Below are positions 40,260-49,787 of a DNA stretch of 64,000 nucleotides, piece by piece. The stretch is from IMG/VR virus record IMGVR_UViG_3300029787_000010, positions 32,001 through 96,000 of that record; one strand, given 5' to 3'. Numbering within the stretch: position 1 is the stretch's first letter; each line of letters begins with the position of its first letter. Origin of the DNA: a virus. The notes under the pieces were generated by a model that was not told the DNA's origin, ran no database searches, and saw only the letters and a list, made by a program, of their open reading frames with translations. The position numbers and the translations under genes were made by a program.

Positions 40260-41444
40260 TCATGCCAAGTCTCGGATTGAACCGTGACCGCCAAAGAAAG
40301 TCGTCCATAGTTCTCCCATGGTTCGGTACAGTCCCTCTTGACCGAGGCGGTTGATGGCGAATGGGTCACCGGTTTCAATTCCGGATTCGTAGTATTGCGT
40401 TGGCTTAGCCACACTAAAGTGCAGGTAGTCCGTATCAAGGAAGTACATTCGGCTGATACCGTCTGCGGCGACATCCTTGGAAGGAATGATTGGAACGCCG
40501 TTGTAGGTAGCCACGATGAAACCGGCTTCAATACCGGGAACACCCTTCACACCGTTGAAGGTAGGGGTGACTCGCTTCTCTTCCATGAATCGCTGTTGTG
40601 CTTGGAGGAGTTGTTGGATTCGCATCAAAGTGTCGTAGCCCGTAAGGATAACCTTGGGGTTGCCACCACGGACCCAAATCTTCTGAAAGATGTCGTCAAG
40701 GTGGTCAAGACTGAGAACACGCTCCGTCAAACCAGCGTCGGCTGCGATGCTGACTTCTGCGTTGGACCAAGTGTTAGCACTGCGGTCAATGCTGTAGATG
40801 TCAAGGTCAGCAGCGTCGCTTACATGCGCAGTGTGAGTGGTGGAAGAGCCACCGCTCACGGTTGCGGCGTATGCAGTACCGGTGCTGTCCATGGTGCTTG
40901 AAGCGGTGACACGGTCCAAGGACTCGTAGTCGTTGCCGGCAGGGGTGTCAACATCTTGCGTGAGCATTTTGTTGATTTCTTCTGCGTGGTGCTTACCCAT
41001 TTCTTCCTTGAGGATGGAACGGATGTCGCCAAGTCCATCGTCCTTGTCGTTAAGGAAAATGGCCATTTCGCTCATGTCAAAGGTGTGAGCGATGGTCTTT
41101 GGCTTTGCAGCGATGTTTTGGAAGGTTGGCTTCGTCGTTTCGGGAAGCGTTCCGTTCTCAGCAATTCCGCCGCCCTTGGTAGAGTCGGGGCGAGCGGTGA
41201 CAACACGCCATCCGCTTCGGTCCCAAGGCTTCTTTGGAAGAATGGAGAAGGCGTTGAACTCTTGGTTCAATTGCGACCAAACTTTGCGTCCGTAGATGGC
41301 TTGGTAGGTACCAGCCGTGGTGGACAACATTGGTGCGTCAGCCTTCAAAAGTTCACTACCGGAGTAGGCGTAGCCCATGTTGGAGCCAGCGCCGTAGTAG
41401 TAGCGTTCCATGTCGTTAATTGTGCGTAGGTAATTTCTTGCCAT
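40260..41444 (-). CDS. Major capsid protein (HK97 fold)
   Basis: Follows the prohead protease. GIAENGTLPE, KPKTIAH, YNGVPIIPS, MYFLDTDYL are HK97-type MCP motifs. Confidence 0.9.
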   Translation of the reverse strand: MARNYLRTINDMERYYYGAGSNMGYAYSGSELLKADAPMLSTTAGTYQAIYGRKVWSQLNQEFNAFSILPKKPWDRSGWRVVTARPDSTKGGGIAENGTLPETTKPTFQNIAAKPKTIAHTFDMSEMAIFLNDKDDGLGDIRSILKEEMGKHHAEEINKMLTQDVDTPAGNDYESLDRVTASSTMDSTGTAYAATVSGGSSTTHTAHVSDAADLDIYSIDRSANTWSNAEVSIAADAGLTERVLSLDHLDDIFQKIWVRGGNPKVILTGYDTLMRIQQLLQAQQRFMEEKRVTPTFNGVKGVPGIEAGFIVATYNGVPIIPSKDVAADGISRMYFLDTDYLHFSVAKPTQYYESGIETGDPFAINRLGQEGLYRTMGELWTTFFGGHGSIRDLA

Positions 41445-41463
41445 TTTTCATCATCTCCTGTTT
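41439..41463 (-). repeat. 25-nt exact repeat (copy 1), MCP ribosome-binding region
   Basis: Identical to 40221-40245. Confidence 0.9.
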
Positions 41464-42869
41464 CAGTTAAATGCTCTCCCAGCCAGTTGGTGGACTTCGT
41501 CCCATGACATGTTTGCCATGTCTTCGGTGGAAGGAATGGTGATGGATGGTGCGGCTTCCGACTTGCGGAGCGTTGCACCTTCGCCAGTGGCGAGGCCGTC
41601 AATTCGTGCACTGAGGGAGGCAACTGCCTTCTCAATGGATGCGAGTGGGCCACGAGCGTCAAACTGGGAAGCACGGCGGGTTTCAACCTCAGCCGTTTGT
41701 TCCTTGGCAAGACGGTCAGCGAACACAGCGCCGAGGCTGCTCTTGAGTTGCTTCTCAACGGAAGCAGCCTTGTAAGCAGCGTAGGCTTCCTCAACTTGTG
41801 CTGGGGTCAAATCGCTCGGGGACAAGAATCCCTTAGCAACTGAGCCGCCGGAGCCGCTGTTGAGTTTGCCGATGGCGTTGGTGGAAGGAGAGCCGTTCTC
41901 TTGAGCACGGCCCTTGACTTGCCCAGCGAAGTAATCAGCGCCGTCGCCGATGGATTCGGGGGTAGAGCCAAGGTTGGCTTTGGAGAGTTCGTCAAAGTGC
42001 GAGCGAGCACCATCAGTGTCTACACCAGCGGATTTGAGAGTGTTCTCCATCCAGTGGAGGTAGTCTTCTGTAATCACATCGCTGTACTCACCTTTGTTCA
42101 TGCTGTGGCCGTACATGCCTTCCTTTTTGTCTTCGTCATCTGCCATTTCCTCACCTTTGTCTTCGGTTTTTTTGTCTTCGGTTTTTTTGTCTTCGGGCTT
42201 GTCGTCCTTCTCGTCCTTCTTGTCGTCCTTCATGTCAGCAAAAGGGTTTTCGCCCTTTTCCATGGCATCCAGTCGCAGGTTAATTCGGTCAAGAACTGAT
42301 GACAGTTCGCCCATTGCTTCGTTTTCGTTGGTCATTGTGGTGTCCTCCTTCAATATACGGAAGGTTGCTTCGGGGTTTATCCCTTTTTCACAAATGGTAA
42401 CCTCGTGTAGTTCCAGTTTGGAGATTTCCGTGTAGTCGCCATGTTGGCTGTCGGATTTGTTGACACGCTTGAAAGCCTGTCCTCCAATACTGAATCCACG
42501 AAGGGACCCTTTGCGAATTTCATTGGCAACTTCTCGTGCCTTCTCAATGTCATCACGAACTTTGATGACGACAAACAGACCAGCGTCATCAACACCGGAC
42601 TTCCAAAGTCGGCCACTGCTGTCGGTGTAAGCATCAATGACGCTGCCGACTTGGATGTTAGAGTGAGCCAACTGAACATTGCGGAACTCTTGGGACTTCA
42701 TGAATCCGTCAAAAGCATTTTTGAGTGCGCCTCGGGTAATCAAGTCCCCTTGCTTGTCCACCATTTCAACGGAGGCATAGCCTGCGACAACAAGGTCACC
42801 GCTGCTCTTGAGTACCGAGAGACTACCCGTCTGAGAGAACGGGGAGGTTCGGAGAGCAGTGGCCATCAT
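41463..42869 (-). CDS. Prohead maturation protease (HK97/U35-like) fused to scaffold domain
   Basis: VAGYAS..VDKQGD, LAH, LRGFSIGG, LHEVTIC..GINPEA; long acidic/helical C-terminal extension. Confidence 0.9.
   Translation of the reverse strand: MMATALRTSPFSQTGSLSVLKSSGDLVVAGYASVEMVDKQGDLITRGALKNAFDGFMKSQEFRNVQLAHSNIQVGSVIDAYTDSSGRLWKSGVDDAGLFVVIKVRDDIEKAREVANEIRKGSLRGFSIGGQAFKRVNKSDSQHGDYTEISKLELHEVTICEKGINPEATFRILKEDTTMTNENEAMGELSSVLDRINLRLDAMEKGENPFADMKDDKKDEKDDKPEDKKTEDKKTEDKGEEMADDEDKKEGMYGHSMNKGEYSDVITEDYLHWMENTLKSAGVDTDGARSHFDELSKANLGSTPESIGDGADYFAGQVKGRAQENGSPSTNAIGKLNSGSGGSVAKGFLSPSDLTPAQVEEAYAAYKAASVEKQLKSSLGAVFADRLAKEQTAEVETRRASQFDARGPLASIEKAVASLSARIDGLATGEGATLRKSEAAPSITIPSTEDMANMSWDEVHQLAGRAFN
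42156..42196. repeat. 15-nt tandem repeat (~2.7 copies) encoding EDKKT in the scaffold linker
   Basis: TTTGTCTTCGGTTTT x2 plus a partial copy on the + strand. Confidence 0.85.
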
Positions 42870-42893
42870 TGCTGCCGAATACTCTTGTCATGG

Positions 42894-42900
42894 TATTTAA
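42894..42900 (-). promoter_or_regulatory. TATA-like box TTAAATA upstream of the protease-MCP operon
   Basis: About 25 nt before ATG 42869/42866, which has no SD; archaeal leaderless spacing. Confidence 0.45.
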
Positions 42901-45900
42901 TCAGTATGGATGACAGCCTTCTCGTCTGTAAGTTCCAAATCGCCTTGCAGTGCGTCGTTTTTAGGAAACTTTTTCTTGTCTTCGGCCGATTCCTTCTCAT
43001 CACGCTCAATGTCACGGACATCGTAATCGGGCATGGTTTTAGCATCGTTGAGGTTCGTGGGACCACTGGGTGATTGGATTGGTGTAGCAAAGTCAAAGCC
43101 CAAACCTTTGGCTCCCCCGTGATAGTCGCCAACAGCACCAACGCTGCTCTTCTCCAACAGTCGCTCTAACAGCAACAGGCTCTTGCTAAGGATATGGCGT
43201 TTCTTGCGCTTCCATTCTGTGCCCTCTACTTTGTGAGGTTCGGTAAGTGGTTCGGCTGGTTCTGTAGATTCTTTGACCTCAGCCTTTTCTTCAATCTCCA
43301 ACTTGCCCTTGAGAAGCACACCGACAACTGGGGACCAAAACGGTCGTTGATTTTCACTAAGGCGAAGCACATGCGGGTTGTCAGCCTCGGGCGTATGCAC
43401 CGACCACTCGTCGCCCCGTACTGTCGCTTTGTAAACTACGGCACTGTCGCCGATTTTGATTTGAACATGCCTGCCCTTTCGGAACACTTCTACAGGGTGA
43501 TGATACAACTCACCCTTCGCCAGCATGGACAGGGATTCGGAACTAACCAGCCCTTCACCCTCGGCCTCGCCTTCAATTTTGGGAGCGTGCACGGTGTAAA
43601 CTTTCTGTCGCTCGGAAGCCTCAGTCTCTGTTACATTGGTGACATCTACACGCACCAAATCTCCAACATCATACTTGTCTTCACTTTGGAATGATGCACC
43701 CACATCCATGTAGTCATCCCCGTCATGCTTGACACGACGGTCACCTAAGTCTTCGCCGTGTGCGATAGGGCCGGTGCCAAGACGATACTGATACGGACCT
43801 TCGCCACGGCGGTCAAGCACCATAAGCACAACCTCCGAGCCGGGCTGGAGCATTACCCACTTTGGATGGCGTGGCTCACCCTTCATGTAAGCAGACTTAG
43901 CGTCCCGCATCAAAATGCGTGGACCTTCCAAGTTCTTGACAGCCGACTTCAAGCCAGCATCATCGGTGAGTTTCGTGTCGGATGCACTGGGCGTATGAAC
44001 CATCTCCACGCTTTCAAGTGCTCCTCGCAAAACCTTGATGCGCTCTTGGATGGGCATGTCGTAGGTGTCGCTGCCGTCAAACTCCAGTATGTCAAAAATG
44101 TGGATGACATCCTTTCCACGAATAGCGTCAATCACGAAGTCTTTGTCACTGACTTTCTTGAACGCAGCCTTTTCTTCATCCGACAGGTCTGCTTTGGATT
44201 CAATGTCGCCGTCCTTTTTGGTAACAAAGAAGCGGGGGCCTTCGGGAAAGTCGCTGACAATCCAGTCGCCCGTGAAGCCTTTCAAATGCTCCATGTCGTC
44301 CAATTCAAAAATGCGGTGCATGGCTTGCAGCGATGGCACACCGTCCGGCATATCCTTGCGGATAAAGTCCGGATTTGTGAGCGAAGCCAAGAGCGAAGGG
44401 CCATCCATCTTGTTACGCTGAGCACTGACTTGCTCATTATGCCTTCGGCCGATGGCGCTCTCCCGCATGCTACGAGGGCGCTCCTCGTTGGCTACTTCCG
44501 AACGGTGGTCCCCAAAGTAAGCACGATGCTCCGGAGCGAGCGCATGAGCGTTTTCCAAAGTAGGTGTGACCAACGATTCTTTTTGGGGCTCATCACGGCG
44601 ATAAATCTGCATGTTGCCGTCTTCATCAATGTGACAGCCAAGTGACACATCGTGAATGTGACCCCAGTTCATGCGATAGGCAGGACTGTCGTACAACGAC
44701 TGGACACCATCGCCGTCATGCCCGCCGGCTCGCCCGATGTGCTTGTACTTGAGTGCCTTTTCTCGCTTGATGTGCGTTGGTTTAACTGCCGGCTCGTGCC
44801 CTTCGGGCATGATAAGGAACGAATCAAGGATGTCCAATTTACGATGGGCCTTCGCATTATGCTTGTCTTTGACCTTTGTCCCCTTTTTGGGGCGTGGTTT
44901 TTCAGCAATAAAATCCCCATCAGCAAGAAGCAGTGCATTATCAGCCGTCTGTCCCTTATCGCTCAGCATCACATTTTTCAATTGATTTAGAGCATCATTG
45001 ATACGGGCTCTTCGTTGGTGGCGTGGAGCATTCGGGTGATTATCAGCAACTTTGTGGGGCTTGCCCCGAATGTTGTTTTCCAACATGATTTGATGCGGCA
45101 TGGCACTACGGCTCATCGCAGCAAACTTTGGCTGAGCGTCACCGTTCTCATCAATGTAATACGACAGGTCATCCTTGACATGGGCGTGAAGGTCGCCCAT
45201 TCCCCGTAAGTTAAGTTCCTCTATGCCGCCAACATTTTGCAGAAACTGGGCCACCGGCATGACATGAAACGCTTGTTCAGCGGGGAACTTGTCACGCAAT
45301 TTTTTGTGAACTGCTCTCAATTTAGCCACGGCTTCGTCCCGTGCAATGTTGGTCTTACCGGCTGCCTTGTTGCCTTCAAGGTCATACTCGGCTGCTTGCA
45401 TGCCCAAGGCCTCAAGCCAGTCTTCGGCTTCATTCTCCAACGACAAAGGCTCCCCATGCAATTGTGGTGCAAGATGCTGCACATTGAGTCCAATTTGAGC
45501 AAGGAGCAAACCCTTTCTACCAGTTTTGCTTTCCACTTCGTCAAAACTCGGATGCAGTGCCTGTAGTCCGTGCGCTTCGTGTGGGGCCTTGTTGGCAAAA
45601 GTGTTACCGTGTCGCATAGCCCAAGCCACGGCTGTGGCCGGACCCATGTCCGCTATGGGGTCAAAACCCTGCTCGTAGGCTGCTCGCATAACTTGCTGAG
45701 CCGCCTGCTCAATCACACTGTTATGGTTGGTCAAAATCTCGTGCATGGTGTCGTGTTCACGGTTTCGGGGTTCCTCTCCCGGTTTGACCTCTTCATAATG
45801 TTGGTCCAAGTCCTTCTCAAGCGCCCTCATTTCAGCGTAGAGTTCCTTCAAAGCCTGTGCCTTTTCGTCAATTTTTTCTTGGTGATGGGCACTGGTATCG

Positions 45901-48584
45901 CTGTTCCTTTCTTGCTCTTCAAGTAGCGCATCCAGTTCCTCTTGCACATCAAAATAATCATTGGTAATATGGTCCAACTCTTCTTCCTTTTGCATGGCCA
46001 GTCGGCGATGAGGAGTATCGTCCAATGAAGGCGCAGTTTCCATAACCGAATCTCGTTGGCGACGAAGGTCGTCCTGCAATTCTTCCTGCTCTTGGATTTC
46101 AGTAGAAATGATGTTCATGGCATTTTCTTTCTGCTCGTCCGTCATGTCTGTTGTGGGAACACGAGCAACTTGCTCCCGCAAAAACTGCAACCTGTCTTGA
46201 GAAGTCGCAATCTGCTCGTCTATCTCTACAGCAGCAGGGAGCGTTTGCTCGCCTTCACGCAGCGGCGAAATGTCCTCCCTCCGGCGAAGAATTTGGTTTT
46301 CTTCACTGGGTCTACGCATAACACGAGCAAACTCAGCCGCATCACCCGTCGTGTGGTGAGCGTCGTCGGGTACTGCCGAGCCGTGATGGATGCCCGACTG
46401 AGGGTTCCCCGGAGGAGCAGCCAGTCCCAAATAGGTCGGAGCAGCATGGTGATGACGGGATTCCAAGAAATCAACATCGGTGTTGCCCAAGTGATAGTAC
46501 GGGTTGCTGACAGTGACGAGTGCATTTTTCCTGTTCATGAAATGCTCGTCAAGGTGCGCACCGGCTGCTGCAAATCCTTCGCGTGTTCCGGCTGCGACCA
46601 AGTCATGAAACTCTTGAAATTGCTCATCGTGATAACTGCCCGACCACGAACTCTTGTTTCGTGCGGCATGACGGTTGCCTGCGAATGTTAAACCTCTGCT
46701 GACCCCTGCGGGATTCATAGCCGAAGCGAGGTCCGTTGGGTCACGAGCGATGTACTGCCCGTCAACACGCGATGCGTTGACTTCGGGCGGAGCAAACGGA
46801 GCAGCAAGCCCTCCAGTGTGGACCACGGCTCCGCCCCGACCGGAAATGGCCAAATTCTTCGCAGCCTCCTGTGCTGGCGTTAGTTCGGGTATCTCAGACA
46901 ATACACCTCGCTCACCCTCACCAACAACTTCGGGAGCCTCTACTGAGATGGGGCCTTGTGTGTGATGCGTTTTTCCGTCCGGCGTAGCAAACGCAGCGTG
47001 ACGCATGTCTTCCACCGTGCGGTAAGTTTTACCGTGACCGCCTGTGCCATGAAGTGTCCAGTGAGTCGCCAATGTACGAGGGCGGCCTCCGGTGTAGGCT
47101 TCCGGATGCCCACCGTTGCCCTCGGTTCTCACGGAGTGGTTGACATGAAATTGCAGGGCGTTGCGAATATCGTTTTGTGCCTTGAATGAAGAACGCTCCT
47201 CGTCAACGGCTGTCAAGAAGTTTTCAATGTCCTGTGGCGTCCATGTGACAAGGCTACTCTTTGGCTCCCATCCGCTGTAAAACGGATGCTCACCAGCAGG
47301 GTAAAACTCGTACCCAGCCTCATTCTGCTTCGGACGAACACCCGCTGCAAGAAGCAATTCTTTACGACTGATAGCACGAGCATCCAGTTGTCCGTTTTTG
47401 TCGCCTTCAACCTGCCTTCGGGTCAACGGCTTCAATTTAATTTCACCGTCTGCATCAACCTTCAAAAAATCATAACCGTGTTTCGGCTTTTGAGCAGTTT
47501 TGTACTTGTCTCGCCTGCGCGTCTCAATATCGGTGTGATACTTATGGTGGGCTGCAATCCCTTGATAAAACGAATTTCCAAGCGACCCAGTCATTCGGCT
47601 GTAGAAGAAAGTGCGACTGTCTTTGTTTGAAGGCGTAGGGACGATAGGCGAGCGTATGGGTTCACCCAAGTTCATCGGTGCTCGTGTAAAGTGCTTATGA
47701 TAGCCCGACTCTCGTTGTGCACGGCTGTACTTTGCTCGGGGCACTGAGTAATCCATATCAAGTTCCGGTATGCGCTGGTGGTCGGGTGATTCTGTCCCGT
47801 GTTCTTTCATATGTGCACGAGCAATCCGACGCTTGCCCCTTGTCATCCACTCCATGCCCTCAAAGTAGTCCTTCTCACCCAACTTCCACTCGGGGTCGTT
47901 TTGCCATTTACGCTCATAATCGTCAAGGTGCACTTTCCGGAAAAATTGTTTCAAAGCGGCTTCGTTTTGACCACCTGCAATCATGCCTTCCATGGCAGTT
48001 TTTGGCGTAGCGCCACCCAAGTTGTCAAGTGGCGTGTCCATCCACTCAGCAAAGTTGTCTTCGTAACGAGCGTGATGAGTGTGCTCGCTGTCCAATCTAC
48101 CCATAGCCATGTAGGAAAGAATCGGGTGTATTTGCCCGCCAATACCGGAACTCATGTGGTGCAGAACCCAAGACATTTCTGCATCAGCGTCCTCTTTGGA
48201 CTGGCCGGATTCGTAAAACGACCGCACTTTGCGGATATGCAGTGGTGCAATGCCGATTTCGGGATGGGCTTCCAAAAGCGGGTTGAACTCGGGATGGACG
48301 GGGGAAGTGTCGGCGAAGTGCCCGGCTTCGGAATAGGTCTGCTGAGTGGTAGGTGCATTAACACCTTCGTGTGTCCACCGTCCGCTCATGTCGCCCAAGT
48401 CTTGGACGCCCGTCATTCGCTCAGCATGCGGGTGAGCAGGAGCCAGCGTTTCTTGGATGAAAGTCCCGCCCGTATCGGTAAGTGTAGGGCTGGTTTCGGG
48501 GACGAGGGTTTGAGTGTCAATTTGAGCACTCGTGGCTTGGTCAGCCTGTTCAAACTGGTCTTTGAGAAGAATGTCGTCCGACAC
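42897..48584 (-). CDS. 1895-aa protein with C-terminal degenerate ATP-dependent DNA ligase-like (NTase + OB) domain
   Basis: FVIDA, IFDILEFDG...ERIKVL, ILMRDAKSAYMKG...KWVML and a downstream OB-like region. Motif I reads SDFPEGPR, lacking the Lys. Confidence 0.75.
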   Translation of the reverse strand: MSDDILLKDQFEQADQATSAQIDTQTLVPETSPTLTDTGGTFIQETLAPAHPHAERMTGVQDLGDMSGRWTHEGVNAPTTQQTYSEAGHFADTSPVHPEFNPLLEAHPEIGIAPLHIRKVRSFYESGQSKEDADAEMSWVLHHMSSGIGGQIHPILSYMAMGRLDSEHTHHARYEDNFAEWMDTPLDNLGGATPKTAMEGMIAGGQNEAALKQFFRKVHLDDYERKWQNDPEWKLGEKDYFEGMEWMTRGKRRIARAHMKEHGTESPDHQRIPELDMDYSVPRAKYSRAQRESGYHKHFTRAPMNLGEPIRSPIVPTPSNKDSRTFFYSRMTGSLGNSFYQGIAAHHKYHTDIETRRRDKYKTAQKPKHGYDFLKVDADGEIKLKPLTRRQVEGDKNGQLDARAISRKELLLAAGVRPKQNEAGYEFYPAGEHPFYSGWEPKSSLVTWTPQDIENFLTAVDEERSSFKAQNDIRNALQFHVNHSVRTEGNGGHPEAYTGGRPRTLATHWTLHGTGGHGKTYRTVEDMRHAAFATPDGKTHHTQGPISVEAPEVVGEGERGVLSEIPELTPAQEAAKNLAISGRGGAVVHTGGLAAPFAPPEVNASRVDGQYIARDPTDLASAMNPAGVSRGLTFAGNRHAARNKSSWSGSYHDEQFQEFHDLVAAGTREGFAAAGAHLDEHFMNRKNALVTVSNPYYHLGNTDVDFLESRHHHAAPTYLGLAAPPGNPQSGIHHGSAVPDDAHHTTGDAAEFARVMRRPSEENQILRRREDISPLREGEQTLPAAVEIDEQIATSQDRLQFLREQVARVPTTDMTDEQKENAMNIISTEIQEQEELQDDLRRQRDSVMETAPSLDDTPHRRLAMQKEEELDHITNDYFDVQEELDALLEEQERNSDTSAHHQEKIDEKAQALKELYAEMRALEKDLDQHYEEVKPGEEPRNREHDTMHEILTNHNSVIEQAAQQVMRAAYEQGFDPIADMGPATAVAWAMRHGNTFANKAPHEAHGLQALHPSFDEVESKTGRKGLLLAQIGLNVQHLAPQLHGEPLSLENEAEDWLEALGMQAAEYDLEGNKAAGKTNIARDEAVAKLRAVHKKLRDKFPAEQAFHVMPVAQFLQNVGGIEELNLRGMGDLHAHVKDDLSYYIDENGDAQPKFAAMSRSAMPHQIMLENNIRGKPHKVADNHPNAPRHQRRARINDALNQLKNVMLSDKGQTADNALLLADGDFIAEKPRPKKGTKVKDKHNAKAHRKLDILDSFLIMPEGHEPAVKPTHIKREKALKYKHIGRAGGHDGDGVQSLYDSPAYRMNWGHIHDVSLGCHIDEDGNMQIYRRDEPQKESLVTPTLENAHALAPEHRAYFGDHRSEVANEERPRSMRESAIGRRHNEQVSAQRNKMDGPSLLASLTNPDFIRKDMPDGVPSLQAMHRIFELDDMEHLKGFTGDWIVSDFPEGPRFFVTKKDGDIESKADLSDEEKAAFKKVSDKDFVIDAIRGKDVIHIFDILEFDGSDTYDMPIQERIKVLRGALESVEMVHTPSASDTKLTDDAGLKSAVKNLEGPRILMRDAKSAYMKGEPRHPKWVMLQPGSEVVLMVLDRRGEGPYQYRLGTGPIAHGEDLGDRRVKHDGDDYMDVGASFQSEDKYDVGDLVRVDVTNVTETEASERQKVYTVHAPKIEGEAEGEGLVSSESLSMLAKGELYHHPVEVFRKGRHVQIKIGDSAVVYKATVRGDEWSVHTPEADNPHVLRLSENQRPFWSPVVGVLLKGKLEIEEKAEVKESTEPAEPLTEPHKVEGTEWKRKKRHILSKSLLLLERLLEKSSVGAVGDYHGGAKGLGFDFATPIQSPSGPTNLNDAKTMPDYDVRDIERDEKESAEDKKKFPKNDALQGDLELTDEKAVIHTD

Positions 48585-48597
48585 ACCATCACCGCCT

Positions 48598-49020
48598 TCA
48601 AAGGCGGCTTTGGAGTTTCTGCACCGCTTTGCGAAGTTCGCTCAAAGCAAACTTATGCTCATCAGCACCGACAAGACTCTTTTGCACTTTTTGCGAACCG
48701 CCGTCAAGGAAGTGAGCATCCAAGGTGGAGAGAGCCGTAGGGTAGTGAGGGTTCTTGTCAAGGACATTTGATTTCTCGGAGGTAGCCCCTTTGTTGGCAA
48801 TGTCTTCTACACTGATGGTGCGTTGGTTGGTGCTGTAGTATTGGTTCTGCACACCGGTTTCACCGCCGACCTGTACATGAAACTGAACATCACCGAGGTC
48901 AGTGCCTTCTTTTTGAGTGAATCCAACGCCCTGCTCCTTGAGCAAACGCTGTTCCAACTCAATGGCTTCTTTCAACAGTTGGTCAAACTCGGGGTCCCGT
49001 GGTTCAAATCGTGGCTTCAT
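48598..49020 (-). CDS. Hypothetical head-module protein
   Basis: Tightly packed ORF between portal and the ligase-like gene. Confidence 0.7.
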   Translation of the reverse strand: MKPRFEPRDPEFDQLLKEAIELEQRLLKEQGVGFTQKEGTDLGDVQFHVQVGGETGVQNQYYSTNQRTISVEDIANKGATSEKSNVLDKNPHYPTALSTLDAHFLDGGSQKVQKSLVGADEHKFALSELRKAVQKLQSRL

Positions 49021-49024
49021 GGTA

Positions 49025-49408
49025 TCACTCTATTCCAGTTTGGTTACCGAGGGCTCCTGCGCTCTTGGCCTCGGCGGCAAGTTGATGAATATCATCCCAA
49101 TTCATCTCATGGAACGCTTGGTTAGAAGTTGGAATATCAATCCCATCACCGTTATCGTTCTTCAAGATGTCATAGTGAGAATCGCCTCGGAACATGTCGG
49201 GCATGACATCTACAGGTGCAGCCGTCTTGCGGGACACAAATCCAGCCTTTTTCAACAAGGCTGCTGGGTCGCCAACCAATCCTTTGAGAACTTCGTTCTC
49301 GGCTTTTAACACTTGCAGATTGCTGTCCATGACTTCCATTTTAGAAATCAATGCGTTCATCAACTGTTCTGCGACGCTCCCCTCATTGTCGTCAGTCAAG
49401 TTGTTCAC
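49025..49408 (-). CDS. Scaffold-like accessory protein
   Basis: Coiled-coil N-terminus. C-terminal IPTSNQAFHEMNWDDIHQLA matches the protease-scaffold end IPSTEDMANMSWDEVHQLA. Confidence 0.65.
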   Translation of the reverse strand: MNNLTDDNEGSVAEQLMNALISKMEVMDSNLQVLKAENEVLKGLVGDPAALLKKAGFVSRKTAAPVDVMPDMFRGDSHYDILKNDNGDGIDIPTSNQAFHEMNWDDIHQLAAEAKSAGALGNQTGIE

Positions 49409-49409
49409 C

Positions 49410-49757
49410 TCAAAGTGTTCGGTTGTTGCGCCGGCTCATGATAGGACCACGGCGTGAAGTACGAATAGTACCGGGTAGCACACGCTCAGTAGTTGCGTGA
49501 ACACTTTGCACTTCACTGAACTTACGCACAGGTACACCGCCTGCATAAATGTCGTTTACACCAGTTGAAGCAGGCGTAGCGGATTTGGTGATGGCCGAGG
49601 AAACATCTTCGGACAAGTATTCAGCAAACTTGCGCACTTGATTGATGTGGTCTACTGCGCTGTTTTGGTCGTTATTTTCCAACGCTTTGTAAAAAGCATC
49701 AACATGACTGCGCATTTTGCGTGCCATCGGGTCCAGTTTCAAGAGGTCCATGTTCAT
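49410..49757 (-). CDS. Hypothetical head-module protein
   Basis: Tightly packed ORF after portal. Confidence 0.7.
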   Translation of the reverse strand: MNMDLLKLDPMARKMRSHVDAFYKALENNDQNSAVDHINQVRKFAEYLSEDVSSAITKSATPASTGVNDIYAGGVPVRKFSEVQSVHATTERVLPGTIRTSRRGPIMSRRNNRTL

Positions 49758-49774
49758 CCCACTACTACCTTTGT

Positions 49775-49781
49775 CTTTAAG
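49775..49781 (-). promoter_or_regulatory. Candidate late promoter box CTTAAAG
   Basis: In the 30-nt gap after portal; related boxes at 52869-52885 and 59392-59398. Confidence 0.35.
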
Positions 49782-49787
49782 TTTGCT

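Noticed and set aside
43758-44645. Long plus-strand ORFs (also 47799-48740, 37976-38791, 53060-54622, 57830-58549 and many shorter ones)
   Set aside because: Antisense shadows of well-supported minus-strand genes, with no motifs or RBS.
42897-48584. Annotation as an active ATP-dependent DNA ligase
   Set aside because: The motif I and V lysines appear to be missing; reported as degenerate instead.
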